Shown: positions 26,594 through 36,398 of the stretch, in pieces
Position numbering within the stretch: the stretch's first letter is position 1
How the letters are laid out: each line of letters starts with the position of its first letter
Virus record (IMG/VR): IMGVR_UViG_3300036791_000029
Coordinates: 1 to 52,133 of that record
Length of the DNA stretch: 52,133 bases
Direction: 5' to 3' (one strand)
Source: a virus
Taxonomy: Duplodnaviria > Caudoviricetes
Notes under the pieces: generated by a model
Database searches by the model: none
What the model was told of the DNA's origin: nothing
Seen by the model: the letters and a program-made list of their open reading frames with translations, nothing else
Position numbers and translations under genes: made by a program

Positions 26594-28312
26594 TTATCCT
26601 TTCTCAACTTTAGACAAACGATCATTCAATTCTTTTATAGCATTGATCATAGTAACAAGGATTGGAGTATCGCATAGAGACAATATATCTTGGAACTCAC
26701 TTTCTTCCGGCAAGCCTTGCAATATAGACACAGCCTCAGGTATGGCCTTCCGAACCTCATCAGCAATTAGACCTATTTGCAATCTATCATTATCTTGACC
26801 AATATCTGTGCGCCGGAAACGACGTGGTTGTAGTTGTATAATTCTAGACAATCCACCATCATAATCATCAATATCAGATTTAAGTCGAATATCAGAAGCC
26901 TGATTTACTACACCTCTAACCCAAAAATCACCAGCAGCATTTGACTCCCAATTTAATGTTGGATTGTTCCAGTAATATCTCAGAGTAGCGGCTGCTTGGG
27001 AATATTCAATCTCTACCGTTGCACTTTGAAAATTAACGCCACGACCGCTATTTGCGGGATTTACATTGAGATAGAAATCACCTATGGATGGCCAACCAGC
27101 ATATAGCACGTTACAATAAGCACCACCACACGTCATATTACCACCAGCAGAAAGACCTCTAGCTGCAGCTATATCTTGAGCAGCATTAATATTGGCATTT
27201 GATGTTAATTGAGCAGCTGTAACTGTTCCACTACTAGCCCAAATGTTTCCAGTAGCTTGAACAGTAGCTCCAGTAATAGTTGCAGATGCATTAATGTTGC
27301 CGTTAGATGTTATACCATTAGCAACAACTGTATTGCCAGATAATTGAGCACCAGCAGAAATATTGGTTTTAGTCCATAAACTACCACCTCTCAATGTCAT
27401 AAGATATTCGGCGCCAGCACCAACATTACCTGCCCAATAACGGTCACCTGATGACTCTTGATATAGATCATACCAATCACTGCCGCCATGATATACAATC
27501 TGGTTCCCACCACCACGAACCATAGTGAATGGCGAGCCAGGGCCACCAATAAATAAACTGCCACCAACATAAATAGGACCAAGAGCATTCATATAACCAT
27601 TGGCAGTCATATTGCGGCTAGCATTAACATCCAGAGCACTAACCACGCTAGAAATATAAATGTTTTGTGCACTCATATTCCTACTGGCAACGACATCAAG
27701 ATCAGCATTTACGTTTCCAGTAGAATGAATAGTTGCAGCAGTAACAGTTCCAGCTGTAGCATTAATGTTACCACTAGCATTTAGTGTTACACCAGAAATT
27801 GTGCGACCAGCAGAAATGTCAAGGCCAGATGAGACGCTATTGGTTGCATAGACACTATTGCTGGCACCAAGGTTTAGACAGTTCATAGCATTGCCAGCAC
27901 TAATATTGCGCGTGGCACTTACATCTCTTTGAGATACTAAATCAAGAACAGAAGTAATAGTTTGAGCAGTAAGATTGCCTTTGAATGTTCCTCCACTTTG
28001 CCAAGCTAAATTGCCACGAGCATAAATTGTTCCGTCATTAGGAGCTTCAAACAAGAAACGAATTGATTTGAGTAACAATAATGGATCGTTCTCCACCATT
28101 GTATAATGAGCAGCAGTTATAACACCATTTAACTGGCCCCAAAGCCAATTGTCCTTTTGATCCCACCATGCGTGAACACTATTAAACTGTTCAACAGTTG
28201 GTGGGGCCTGTCCAATATAATCCCAACCAACAGCTGCTTGTGCTGGCGTAGGATCATCGAGAGGGCCAGAAGATGCCCAACTTTGATTGAATCGGTCCCA
28301 CCAAGCTGACAT
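26594..28312 (-). CDS. Tail fibre with foldon-like motif and C-terminal peptidase S74 chaperone
   Basis: PPTVEQFN attachment region, EAPNDGTIYARGNLAW, G/N/A-rich beta repeats, SDIRLKSDI...GLIADEV, terminal coiled coil. Confidence 0.88.
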   Translation of the reverse strand: MSAWWDRFNQSWASSGPLDDPTPAQAAVGWDYIGQAPPTVEQFNSVHAWWDQKDNWLWGQLNGVITAAHYTMVENDPLLLLKSIRFLFEAPNDGTIYARGNLAWQSGGTFKGNLTAQTITSVLDLVSQRDVSATRNISAGNAMNCLNLGASNSVYATNSVSSGLDISAGRTISGVTLNASGNINATAGTVTAATIHSTGNVNADLDVVASRNMSAQNIYISSVVSALDVNASRNMTANGYMNALGPIYVGGSLFIGGPGSPFTMVRGGGNQIVYHGGSDWYDLYQESSGDRYWAGNVGAGAEYLMTLRGGSLWTKTNISAGAQLSGNTVVANGITSNGNINASATITGATVQATGNIWASSGTVTAAQLTSNANINAAQDIAAARGLSAGGNMTCGGAYCNVLYAGWPSIGDFYLNVNPANSGRGVNFQSATVEIEYSQAAATLRYYWNNPTLNWESNAAGDFWVRGVVNQASDIRLKSDIDDYDGGLSRIIQLQPRRFRRTDIGQDNDRLQIGLIADEVRKAIPEAVSILQGLPEESEFQDILSLCDTPILVTMINAIKELNDRLSKVEKG

Positions 28313-28314
28313 AA

Positions 28315-28512
28315 TTAGTTATTACCTCCTGGCGCATGAAGCTCACCATTGGCCTTCATTTGAGGCATTGGTGGCTGCTGTTGCTGCTGCATTTGTGGAA
28401 CAAGTTGTTGCTGTAGGTTTTGGATAAGTGGAGCCACTCTCTTGTATGGATAATCAGCAAGTATTTCCAGCACTTTGATCCAGTCATCCTGAACCATATT
28501 AACAGTAAGCAT
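28315..28512 (-). CDS. Small Gln-rich hypothetical protein
   Basis: 65-aa ORF tightly packed, GGAGG RBS. Confidence 0.65.
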   Translation of the reverse strand: MLTVNMVQDDWIKVLEILADYPYKRVAPLIQNLQQQLVPQMQQQQQPPMPQMKANGELHAPGGNN

Positions 28513-29133
28513 TTAGACCTCCTGGGTTGCGGGTGGATCAGGTAACGTTTGTATATTGAGTTTAACGCCAGCTGCTTTTGGTATCATATAGTTATACAAC
28601 TGAGACCTAGGATCATTCTCAGGAATATAATCATTTATGACAACATTAGCATTTGCATTGCCAGCATCATTGACTATTGTTCCTTGTACATTCAAAGTCA
28701 AATTATACACAGCCATTATTTCCTCAGCAGTGCCATGTCCATTATTCAAAGCTATCTTGAGTCTGATTATAGTTCTATACTCAGCATCTGCTAGAACAGA
28801 ACTCTTTGACCATGGCTCACCTTTGTGTCGCATTCTTGCTACTCCAAATGCTCGACCAGCTATTTGAGTAGCAAATCCAAAGAATGCTAAATAAACTGAA
28901 CCTTGAATAACTCGTGATATGCCTACAATATAACCAATACCATTAAGTTGTTCTCCAGTTGCAGTATCAATCCATCTCTTAGCATACAAATCCCATAATG
29001 CTTGATCAAGTATATTGAGTGGAGGATAAAATGATGTAACAAAATTCTCTGTATTGATCTTGTCGAAATGCTGGGCAAGAAAATGCCCCCAAGCAATCGC
29101 AGCATGATCATTAGGAAATAATGTATCGCTCAT
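28513..29133 (-). CDS. Baseplate wedge protein (DUF2612-like)
   Basis: IDTATGEQLNGIGYIVG, L.D.EYR..I, PKAAGV; follows baseplate J. Confidence 0.8.
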   Translation of the reverse strand: MSDTLFPNDHAAIAWGHFLAQHFDKINTENFVTSFYPPLNILDQALWDLYAKRWIDTATGEQLNGIGYIVGISRVIQGSVYLAFFGFATQIAGRAFGVARMRHKGEPWSKSSVLADAEYRTIIRLKIALNNGHGTAEEIMAVYNLTLNVQGTIVNDAGNANANVVINDYIPENDPRSQLYNYMIPKAAGVKLNIQTLPDPPATQEV

Positions 29134-30596
29134 GCGTTTGTCGTCACTGTAATATGGGCCTCAGTAAAGGATGATAATTCTCTTGGTGATATAGGAATAT
29201 TATTAGCAGTATAATCTCCTGGCGCTGGAACTGTATCTGGATCATCAACTCTAGCAACAGTAATATCCATCTTGCCTATACCATCTACATCTGCATATAT
29301 TGGACCGTATAAACGTTGTACAATTACATCTTTGCCAATACCAAAAGAATTACCAGTATTAGCAACAATTGACTGAATAAGTTGACCACCATTATCTGGG
29401 AAGGTTTCCTCATCATATAATGTTACTTGAATATCAACCCAAATATAAACTGGAGTTGCTCTACTGAAATTAATAGCATGTATAGTGCCTATACTGTCTG
29501 TTACTGGAACAGTTATAGAACCAAATGTATCAATACCTGCTGCTTTGTATAACCATATTTGATTAGCTATGTCTTGTGGATTGCCGCCTTGAGCAATTAT
29601 TTCAATACTATGTGGTGGGCGGCCATCAGCATCAACAGTATCTTCTTGGTTCTCATATACTTGAACAGCAGTTATTCCTTGAACATTTTGCTGAATGTTA
29701 GCGCGTATGGCCTCTAATGTAGTAGCACCAAGTCTAAATACACCAAGATCATATCTCAGTCTAAGTTCATCATCAGTTTCTAAATTGCGTCCTAATTGTC
29801 CATCTACAATATTATTGACACCAGTCCAACCAGTTTGAGTAGAAACAATCATAGTCAAATGATTAGCCAATACATCAATTGGTCCGAAATACTCCGCAGT
29901 AAAATTACCCAGCGATCCTATCTGGTTTATTTGTATGTTAGTGGATATCTGAAGAGCAAATTGAACAGCTTCAATACTATACATGCGAAGGAAATTAACA
30001 TCAAGTTCAACAGTCAATGGTGTATTCAGTAATTGATTATACAAAGCCAATGCAATAGAAGCAGTTGTATCTCCCGCAATACAAGTATAAGTAAATGTAA
30101 CAGCATTAATTTGTATCCAATATTGATTCCCTACTACAGCATCCATTACTGATAAGTTTACATCAATTGTATTTTGTCTAGAGATCGTTACATCTTTGTC
30201 TAATATCAAATTGTCTTGAGTATTGTTGTTGCGTATAATGGCACCAGCAGGAATGGGTGTAGTTTCTATTCCATAACATGCACACCAAGCAGTAGATCGT
30301 TCAGCAAATAGTCTACGGACACCAGCAAACGCAACTGAGTTGTCTAAACTAATGCCAGTAGCAGTGTTAGGATACATAGCATGATAGACTGCTTCTGCTA
30401 GTTCCCACATTGTAGCTTCACGTTCTGCAAAAGTATCAATGAATTGACCTGTGATTGAATCAGTTCTAGTTTCAAATGTAAGGCCAGTTTTAGCTTGAAG
30501 AGTATCAATGATTTGTTGTCTAATTTCTGGAAAGCGCATACGCGAAAATCCAGTAGACAGCAAACCATAATCAGCAGGATTGATCGTATCAGACAC
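29130..30596 (-). CDS. Baseplate J-like protein
   Basis: ATGISLD, GRNLETDDELRLR, PPHSIEII..GG. Confidence 0.9.
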   Translation of the reverse strand: MSDTINPADYGLLSTGFSRMRFPEIRQQIIDTLQAKTGLTFETRTDSITGQFIDTFAEREATMWELAEAVYHAMYPNTATGISLDNSVAFAGVRRLFAERSTAWCACYGIETTPIPAGAIIRNNNTQDNLILDKDVTISRQNTIDVNLSVMDAVVGNQYWIQINAVTFTYTCIAGDTTASIALALYNQLLNTPLTVELDVNFLRMYSIEAVQFALQISTNIQINQIGSLGNFTAEYFGPIDVLANHLTMIVSTQTGWTGVNNIVDGQLGRNLETDDELRLRYDLGVFRLGATTLEAIRANIQQNVQGITAVQVYENQEDTVDADGRPPHSIEIIAQGGNPQDIANQIWLYKAAGIDTFGSITVPVTDSIGTIHAINFSRATPVYIWVDIQVTLYDEETFPDNGGQLIQSIVANTGNSFGIGKDVIVQRLYGPIYADVDGIGKMDITVARVDDPDTVPAPGDYTANNIPISPRELSSFTEAHITVTTNA

Positions 30597-31014
30597 GCGG
30601 AAACACCTCCAACTTTACACTTTCTTGGATTGGCCCCAAATCAGTATCGCAGGCAAATTCCACAGAAAGAGTGCGCTTCTGGCGGTCCCAACCAAGACCA
30701 AAACTAGTGATGCGTATAACGTTAGGCACAGAAGAAATATGATTCCTAAGTATAGTTTCAACACTTGCCATGCGAGGGTTCTTAATGAGTATTTCCTCAA
30801 GGTATGGAACGCCCAGGGTGCTGTCAAGAAACCATTCTCCTAAGAATGTTAGTAGATTAATTTTTATTTGTTGAGCAACTTTATCTGCACCTTCAATTAA
30901 CCATATCTCATACTTTTGCACTACAACAGACAAAGGATTAACCATCAATACTTGTGGTATGGGATGCCACATCAAATCATGATCTACTCTATTGAGTGCT
31001 AGATCATCTGCCAT
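30589..31014 (-). CDS. Baseplate wedge / sheath initiator (gp25/DUF2634-like)
   Basis: LLTFLGEWFLDSTLGVPY motif; position. Confidence 0.8.
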   Translation of the reverse strand: MADDLALNRVDHDLMWHPIPQVLMVNPLSVVVQKYEIWLIEGADKVAQQIKINLLTFLGEWFLDSTLGVPYLEEILIKNPRMASVETILRNHISSVPNVIRITSFGLGWDRQKRTLSVEFACDTDLGPIQESVKLEVFPRV

Positions 31015-31197
31015 TTACCAATATCCCCACCAGCCATATCTAGGTCCAGCAAATATAGCCAACAGCAACATTATAATGATGATGACAAATAAGATACCTA
31101 CAGGACTATACGGGTTATATGGTGTGGGTCCTGACCTATAGTAGTAGCCTCCACCGAATAGGAGGAATATGATTAATAGTATAAGTATGAGTGTCAT
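31015..31197 (-). CDS. Small two-TM membrane protein (DUF3309-like)
   Basis: MTLILILLIIFLLFGGGYYY...GILFVIIIIMLLL. Confidence 0.65.
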   Translation of the reverse strand: MTLILILLIIFLLFGGGYYYRSGPTPYNPYSPVGILFVIIIIMLLLAIFAGPRYGWWGYW

Positions 31198-31205
31198 AGT
31201 CTACC

Positions 31206-31529
31206 TCACATTGACATTTGGCCATTATCTAGTGCAGCTAGATAAGGCTGAGCAGTTGCCCAGAAAGCATCCCAAGCTTGAGCTAGACTATCCATAGCAT
31301 AGGAGTATTCAGTGCCCTTCTGGCCAGGAGCATCTGGATTAGCAGTAATACCAAAATTGTTATTCATGCCTTCAAATTGAGTGCCAGGAGTTCCTTCATA
31401 TCCAGAAGATGCTGTGGCAATTGCCTCTTTGAGTCTAATCATATTTGTATTGTTACTAATCAAACTAGCAACAACGCGATTTGTCATACCTCCAAAAGCA
31501 GTATGGTTAGGAATTTGAATTGAAGACAT
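31206..31529 (-). CDS. Hypothetical protein
   Basis: 107-aa ORF, AGGAG RBS. Confidence 0.7.
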   Translation of the reverse strand: MSSIQIPNHTAFGGMTNRVVASLISNNTNMIRLKEAIATASSGYEGTPGTQFEGMNNNFGITANPDAPGQKGTEYSYAMDSLAQAWDAFWATAQPYLAALDNGQMSM

Positions 31530-31538
31530 ATTGTTCTC

Positions 31539-34355
31539 CTAGTGAATGGTTGGACGTTCTAGTTCTGCTACTCTAGCAGACAGTTCCTTTACTGCATTAA
31601 CTAGAGCAGCAATAATTGGAGTTGTAGCAACACCAAGTGATGGCTCTTCATCTTCTATTTCATCACGACCCAAAGTCATACCGAATGGTGATACTGCCTC
31701 AGGCAATACATCACGTATTTGCTGAGCACCAAAACCTATTTCAATTTTATCTAGTCCCTTCAGCCTGCGGAACTTGATTGGATTAATTTTCATAATTTCT
31801 TTCAGTCCGACATCTGATGATTCAATATCAAATTTAGAACGTTCATCAGAATAGTCTTGATACGGTCCATATCCTCCAACAGTTCCAAGACCATTATAAA
31901 CGCGATTCATAGTAACATCCATCATCCACAAACTGCCATTCGGAGTTATCCAATTTAGATTACCATTACTAGCATTCCAATTCCAATACCAGTTGCCAGC
32001 AAATTGCATAATGCGACCAGCACCACCAGAACCAATAACCATGCTATCATCTGACCATAGATACATAATATTGCCGCGTGCATAGATGGGACCATATGAC
32101 AAGACGTAAGTGCTAGCTTGAATGACGCCTCCAAATATATTTCCCCTGGCTGTTATGGTGCCAGCAGTATCAATAGTAAAATTGATAGTGCCATTCTCAA
32201 CAAATCGCCAGTATCCATCAGCACTGCTGCGACCCATGTAGTAGTTGCCATTATCAGCCACATACATGATGCCTGTGACATTCATAATGCTGTTGGTAGC
32301 GCGTATCCGCCCAGCCGTCATGCCGCCGCTGGCGTTGCTGTCGCCGTCCGCTTGTATGCTACCTGTCGAATGAATATATGCACCTGTCAATGTATTAACA
32401 GAAGTAATATTTCCATAAACCCATAAATTACACGAACCATCTAATGTCATATTCTGACCATTATTAGCGCAATACCAACCACGTAGACCGTCTGAGATAC
32501 GCCACCAATCATACCAACCAGCTTGCCAATTGAAATAGCGGTTGCTGGCATCAGCACTTAATCCAAAGTCAGTGCGGCCCATAGCATAGACGCCAAGACC
32601 GCCAAGTATATTACTGGCAACAGTTAAAACAGAACTAACTGTTAAACTTTGACCAATCGTTACTAATCCAGAAGCTCGATTAATTGATATTGGAGCACCA
32701 AGATAATTACTGGCATCATCATACCTATTAATATTAAAATTGGAACCAGCGTTGCTTCCACTTTCAGCAACACTATCGCCAATTTCAACATCCCAACGCA
32801 AACTAGAGCCAGTATAACTTAAAATTCTCCTGCCATTTCCAGAAGCACTTTGCATTTGAAAAGTAGCAAAACCAGATGTAGCATTGGCGACAAAAGTTGC
32901 ACTAACCGCACTGACGTTAACATTACCACTTAATACACCACCAGTCAAAGGCAAATAAGGACCACCAAGAGGCTGATGGTTATCTACATATTGCTTAGTC
33001 ACAGCCATCAATGCAGAAGTAGGATCAGCATTAAGTAATAATGGTCCTGTTAAAGTTCCACCAGCTAACAATAATACTCTTTGCCACGCAGCATTATAAC
33101 GACCATAAGCAAAACTATCTAATGGTGCTTCTGGAACTTCTCCTGGCGCGCCTTGTGGGCCAACTGGGCCTTGCGGTCCAGTATTACCAACATCACCTTT
33201 TATACCTTGTGGTCCTTGTTGTCCTTGAGGACCAGTATTACCTATTGGTCCTTGCGGTCCAATTGGTCCAACATTACCTTGTGGACCTTGCGGTCCGATT
33301 GGTCCTGGCACTGTGCTGTCTGCGCCTGTAGCACCAATTGGGCCTTGTGGTCCAACATCACCTTGTGGACCTGTAGGACCAGTATTACCTATTGGTCCTT
33401 GCGGTCCAGTATCACCAGTATTACCTATTGGTCCTTGCGGTCCAGTATTACCTGTAGCACCAATTGGACCTTGTGGACCGGATGGGCCCATAGGACCAAC
33501 ATCACCTTGAGCACCAGTATTACCTCTTGGGCCTTGCGGTCCAGTTGGTCCGACTGGACCAGGAACTGTACTTGCCGCACCAGTATCACCTTTTGGTCCT
33601 TGCGGGCCTGGTGGACCTACATCGCCTTGTGGTCCCTGTGGACCAGTTGGGCCTGGTGGTCCTTGAACTCCACTACTAGCTACACTATCAACATAAGTTT
33701 TGGTTGTTGCCTCCATTGGAGAAACAGGAGGTTGCGTTAGCATTAAATGAGATGCTGCAGTAATAATTCCAGGAGCGCGTGCTGAACCTCCTAAAGTAAT
33801 TGATGGAGAGTCAACAGTAAATGCTTGCTGTGCTTGCTGGACTATATTACCATTCTGATCTATAGTTACAGTGCTCTTATCATTACCAGTAACAATATTG
33901 TTATCTTTAGTTATCGTCAAATGAGACTTGTCAAACTTCATTACTACATCGTCAGAATTGCCCACAATACCAGTAGGTTGGCATCCAGGTATAAACACAC
34001 TATCAGAAAGGTCGAACTGTCGAGGATCATCAGGCATTTCGTTTTTGCCATCAAGCCAACCTTCCAAAGATCGTTGCTGAACAGCAAGCATTCCTCCATC
34101 ACCAGGTTGAAGAGGAAATGTCATACTAGCTTTACCACCACCAGAAGCAGTAAAGATAACTGGCACTTCTACAATTTGTGGTGGTTCTAATGGCTCCTCA
34201 CTAGACAACCTTTTAGGCAATACTGGTTTTACAACAGCACGATTTGTTTGTGCATTATAACTAACAATAGTGGCAGGCAAATTGGTATTTAGAGTATTAC
34301 CAAGTTGGACCTCTATTTGCTGTTCGATTAGTTCAGTGAGATCAATTCTAAGCAT
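31539..34355 (-). CDS. Baseplate central spike (Gp138/gpV-like N-terminus) fused to collagen, foldon, fibre and S74 chaperone
   Basis: LPATIVSY...VPVIF...FPLQPGD...[13 protein letters not shown]; ~57 Gly-X-Y; [17 protein letters not shown]; SDERSKFDI...GFGAQQ. Confidence 0.85.
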   Translation of the reverse strand: MLRIDLTELIEQQIEVQLGNTLNTNLPATIVSYNAQTNRAVVKPVLPKRLSSEEPLEPPQIVEVPVIFTASGGGKASMTFPLQPGDGGMLAVQQRSLEGWLDGKNEMPDDPRQFDLSDSVFIPGCQPTGIVGNSDDVVMKFDKSHLTITKDNNIVTGNDKSTVTIDQNGNIVQQAQQAFTVDSPSITLGGSARAPGIITAASHLMLTQPPVSPMEATTKTYVDSVASSGVQGPPGPTGPQGPQGDVGPPGPQGPKGDTGAASTVPGPVGPTGPQGPRGNTGAQGDVGPMGPSGPQGPIGATGNTGPQGPIGNTGDTGPQGPIGNTGPTGPQGDVGPQGPIGATGADSTVPGPIGPQGPQGNVGPIGPQGPIGNTGPQGQQGPQGIKGDVGNTGPQGPVGPQGAPGEVPEAPLDSFAYGRYNAAWQRVLLLAGGTLTGPLLLNADPTSALMAVTKQYVDNHQPLGGPYLPLTGGVLSGNVNVSAVSATFVANATSGFATFQMQSASGNGRRILSYTGSSLRWDVEIGDSVAESGSNAGSNFNINRYDDASNYLGAPISINRASGLVTIGQSLTVSSVLTVASNILGGLGVYAMGRTDFGLSADASNRYFNWQAGWYDWWRISDGLRGWYCANNGQNMTLDGSCNLWVYGNITSVNTLTGAYIHSTGSIQADGDSNASGGMTAGRIRATNSIMNVTGIMYVADNGNYYMGRSSADGYWRFVENGTINFTIDTAGTITARGNIFGGVIQASTYVLSYGPIYARGNIMYLWSDDSMVIGSGGAGRIMQFAGNWYWNWNASNGNLNWITPNGSLWMMDVTMNRVYNGLGTVGGYGPYQDYSDERSKFDIESSDVGLKEIMKINPIKFRRLKGLDKIEIGFGAQQIRDVLPEAVSPFGMTLGRDEIEDEEPSLGVATTPIIAALVNAVKELSARVAELERPTIH
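33135..33671 (-). repeat. Collagen-like Gly-X-Y coding repeats
   Basis: Runs of 11, 27 and 19 triplets separated by two STVP interruptions. Confidence 0.95.
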
Positions 34356-35332
34356 TAGACAAACCCCGCATCTTCCTCAGCAACATCAACTTCAGTCGTT
34401 CTATTTGCGACACCACCTTTAGATTTCTTAGCATCCAAAGGTTTCCTGGGATCAACAACTCTCAAATCTGATTGCCAATTGCCAGAAGCATCACTATCAC
34501 CTTCATGCTTTACTTGCTCTATTCTATACACACCAGTAACAAATTGTCCTTCCAATCTAATTCTATCACCAGGATTAAGCATAGGCATCAACAATGATTT
34601 GACTCTCCATCCATCATAGTCTGGTTCAATTTGAGCCTGTCCAGTTTCACCGCCAGGAGTTTTACTTTGCTTATGTGTATGAGCTTTAGCAAGACGTTCC
34701 CGTTCTGGAGAACCAATCATTCCACTATCTTGTGTAATCAATATGCCTTGTCTAGTTGTTACCATACCATGTTCAATTACTTGTAGATTGCCATTCTGTA
34801 TTGACCATTCTAGTCCAGTTCCCTTTGTTACTTTATCAAGTAAAGTTCTAGCAGGTCCATGAAATGATAGACCATTATTCCAAACTCTACTTGGAGCATT
34901 ACTTGGCAATGTTAACGGCAATCCCATTTTCTTCGATACATCATTAAGCACTTGCGTTGATTTAACACCTTTGCTATAGCCCACTGATATTGTCGTATCA
35001 CGTATTTCTGTAGCGCCATCTCCAAGCTCAAATTCCGTAATGATGTCCGCTCCATCTTTCTTTGACCAGGCATAACTAACATCACCTTGAAATATTAATA
35101 ATGCTCCTGCATCATCTTTATAACCAGCATATAACACTACTCTCGTATTGGGTTTTTCCACTTCTGCTCTTGTTTCTTTCCTCATATTATAAACTTCAAT
35201 CTTGCTCTTGTTTGGGTTTTTCTTAGCAGTCTTTTCAATTTCAAATTTAATGCGCAACGAATCAGTAATCTCTATTCCTTGAGATTGTCCTTTCTTTCCT
35301 ATCAACAAACGATATGTCCGATCATATAACAA
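34355..35332 (-). CDS. Baseplate hub protein
   Basis: [26 protein letters not shown] motifs; precedes spike. Confidence 0.8.
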   Translation of the reverse strand: MLYDRTYRLLIGKKGQSQGIEITDSLRIKFEIEKTAKKNPNKSKIEVYNMRKETRAEVEKPNTRVVLYAGYKDDAGALLIFQGDVSYAWSKKDGADIITEFELGDGATEIRDTTISVGYSKGVKSTQVLNDVSKKMGLPLTLPSNAPSRVWNNGLSFHGPARTLLDKVTKGTGLEWSIQNGNLQVIEHGMVTTRQGILITQDSGMIGSPERERLAKAHTHKQSKTPGGETGQAQIEPDYDGWRVKSLLMPMLNPGDRIRLEGQFVTGVYRIEQVKHEGDSDASGNWQSDLRVVDPRKPLDAKKSKGGVANRTTEVDVAEEDAGFV

Positions 35333-35693
35333 TTGGTGATGTCTCGCCGTATTCAGGCATTACATTTAGAGCAACTAAATCAGCATATTCTTGATAGACT
35401 AATTGATATATGCCGCTACTAAATCCATCGCGAGGCACAGGACCACTTCTATAATATTCAGACAATACTTGTAATTCTCCTGGCGGCATGTCCTCATATC
35501 TATATTGCCAAGTCAAAGGATAATTAGCAGATACTGATATACCAGAGATCAAAGTTTGATATGCTGAATTGCGGATACTCATAGTCCAATAGCCTCCACT
35601 ATCGTTCCAATTTAGAATTATGTAAAAAATAATACCATCTAGTTCAGCTTCAAGAGATTGACTGTTTAAGTCTTGCACTGGAATAACAAACAT
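35322..35693 (-). CDS. Baseplate-associated small protein
   Basis: MFVIP...LNWN....WTMSI; between tube initiator and hub. Confidence 0.65.
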   Translation of the reverse strand: MFVIPVQDLNSQSLEAELDGIIFYIILNWNDSGGYWTMSIRNSAYQTLISGISVSANYPLTWQYRYEDMPPGELQVLSEYYRSGPVPRDGFSSGIYQLVYQEYADLVALNVMPEYGETSPIVI

Positions 35694-35694
35694 A

Positions 35695-36312
35695 TCAAAA
35701 ACCTTTATACGGCCCAACAGTTGTTTGCTGTCCAATTTTAGCATCTATATTATGGCCGGCATTATAAGCCACACTCCCGCCAGGAGTAGTTGTATCTGTA
35801 GACTTACTAACCTTTTGTTCTGTCTTTCCTGTCTTGCCTTTTGTATTAGCATTAGCATTATCTGGTAGATCAGTAGTTTTGAGCGTAACCTTTATGATCT
35901 TTCTAAGTCCAGCATTGATCGTTAGCCATTGTCCTCCAGTAGTAGCATTATTTGATCTCTCAATTGAAAGATCAGTAAATGCCATATCTTCATATTTGCC
36001 TAATCCGGTAATGATTGTTACAGTTGTTCTTTCCTTATGCATCTTACGCAATTGGTCTATAGCATCAATCAGCTTAGAATAACAAAGTGGACCGAACTCC
36101 ATTCCAAAACTAGATGATGAAGAAATCATCCCTGATATCTTGAGTTCTTCATTATGTGCTGTTATATGATCAGTAAAATCTCCACTTCCATCTTCAATAG
36201 GATACTTTGTTACATCACTCGGCAAGCTGAGACTTTCCGTCACTAGAACGTCTAGCGCCAGATAGCTTATATAACTTTGCGGTGCGCTCTGGAACAATCC
36301 GAATAGTGCCAT
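35695..36312 (-). CDS. Tail tube initiator / baseplate protein
   Basis: VTKYPIEDG...DH, TGLGKYEDM; follows tape measure. Confidence 0.75.
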   Translation of the reverse strand: MALFGLFQSAPQSYISYLALDVLVTESLSLPSDVTKYPIEDGSGDFTDHITAHNEELKISGMISSSSSFGMEFGPLCYSKLIDAIDQLRKMHKERTTVTIITGLGKYEDMAFTDLSIERSNNATTGGQWLTINAGLRKIIKVTLKTTDLPDNANANTKGKTGKTEQKVSKSTDTTTPGGSVAYNAGHNIDAKIGQQTTVGPYKGF

Positions 36313-36398
36313 CTACAAACTCACATATTGTAGTTTGTTTCTCAATACATTCTCTACAATTACCTCCATTATAATAGTTGCCATGTCTTATACAATAG

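Noticed and set aside
33041-33740. Plus-strand ORFs with periodic Trp/Cys patterns
   Set aside because: Antisense shadows of the collagen repeat
26594-34355. Diversity-generating retroelement acting on the fibres
   Set aside because: No reverse transcriptase and no TR/VR pair with adenine-specific mismatches seen
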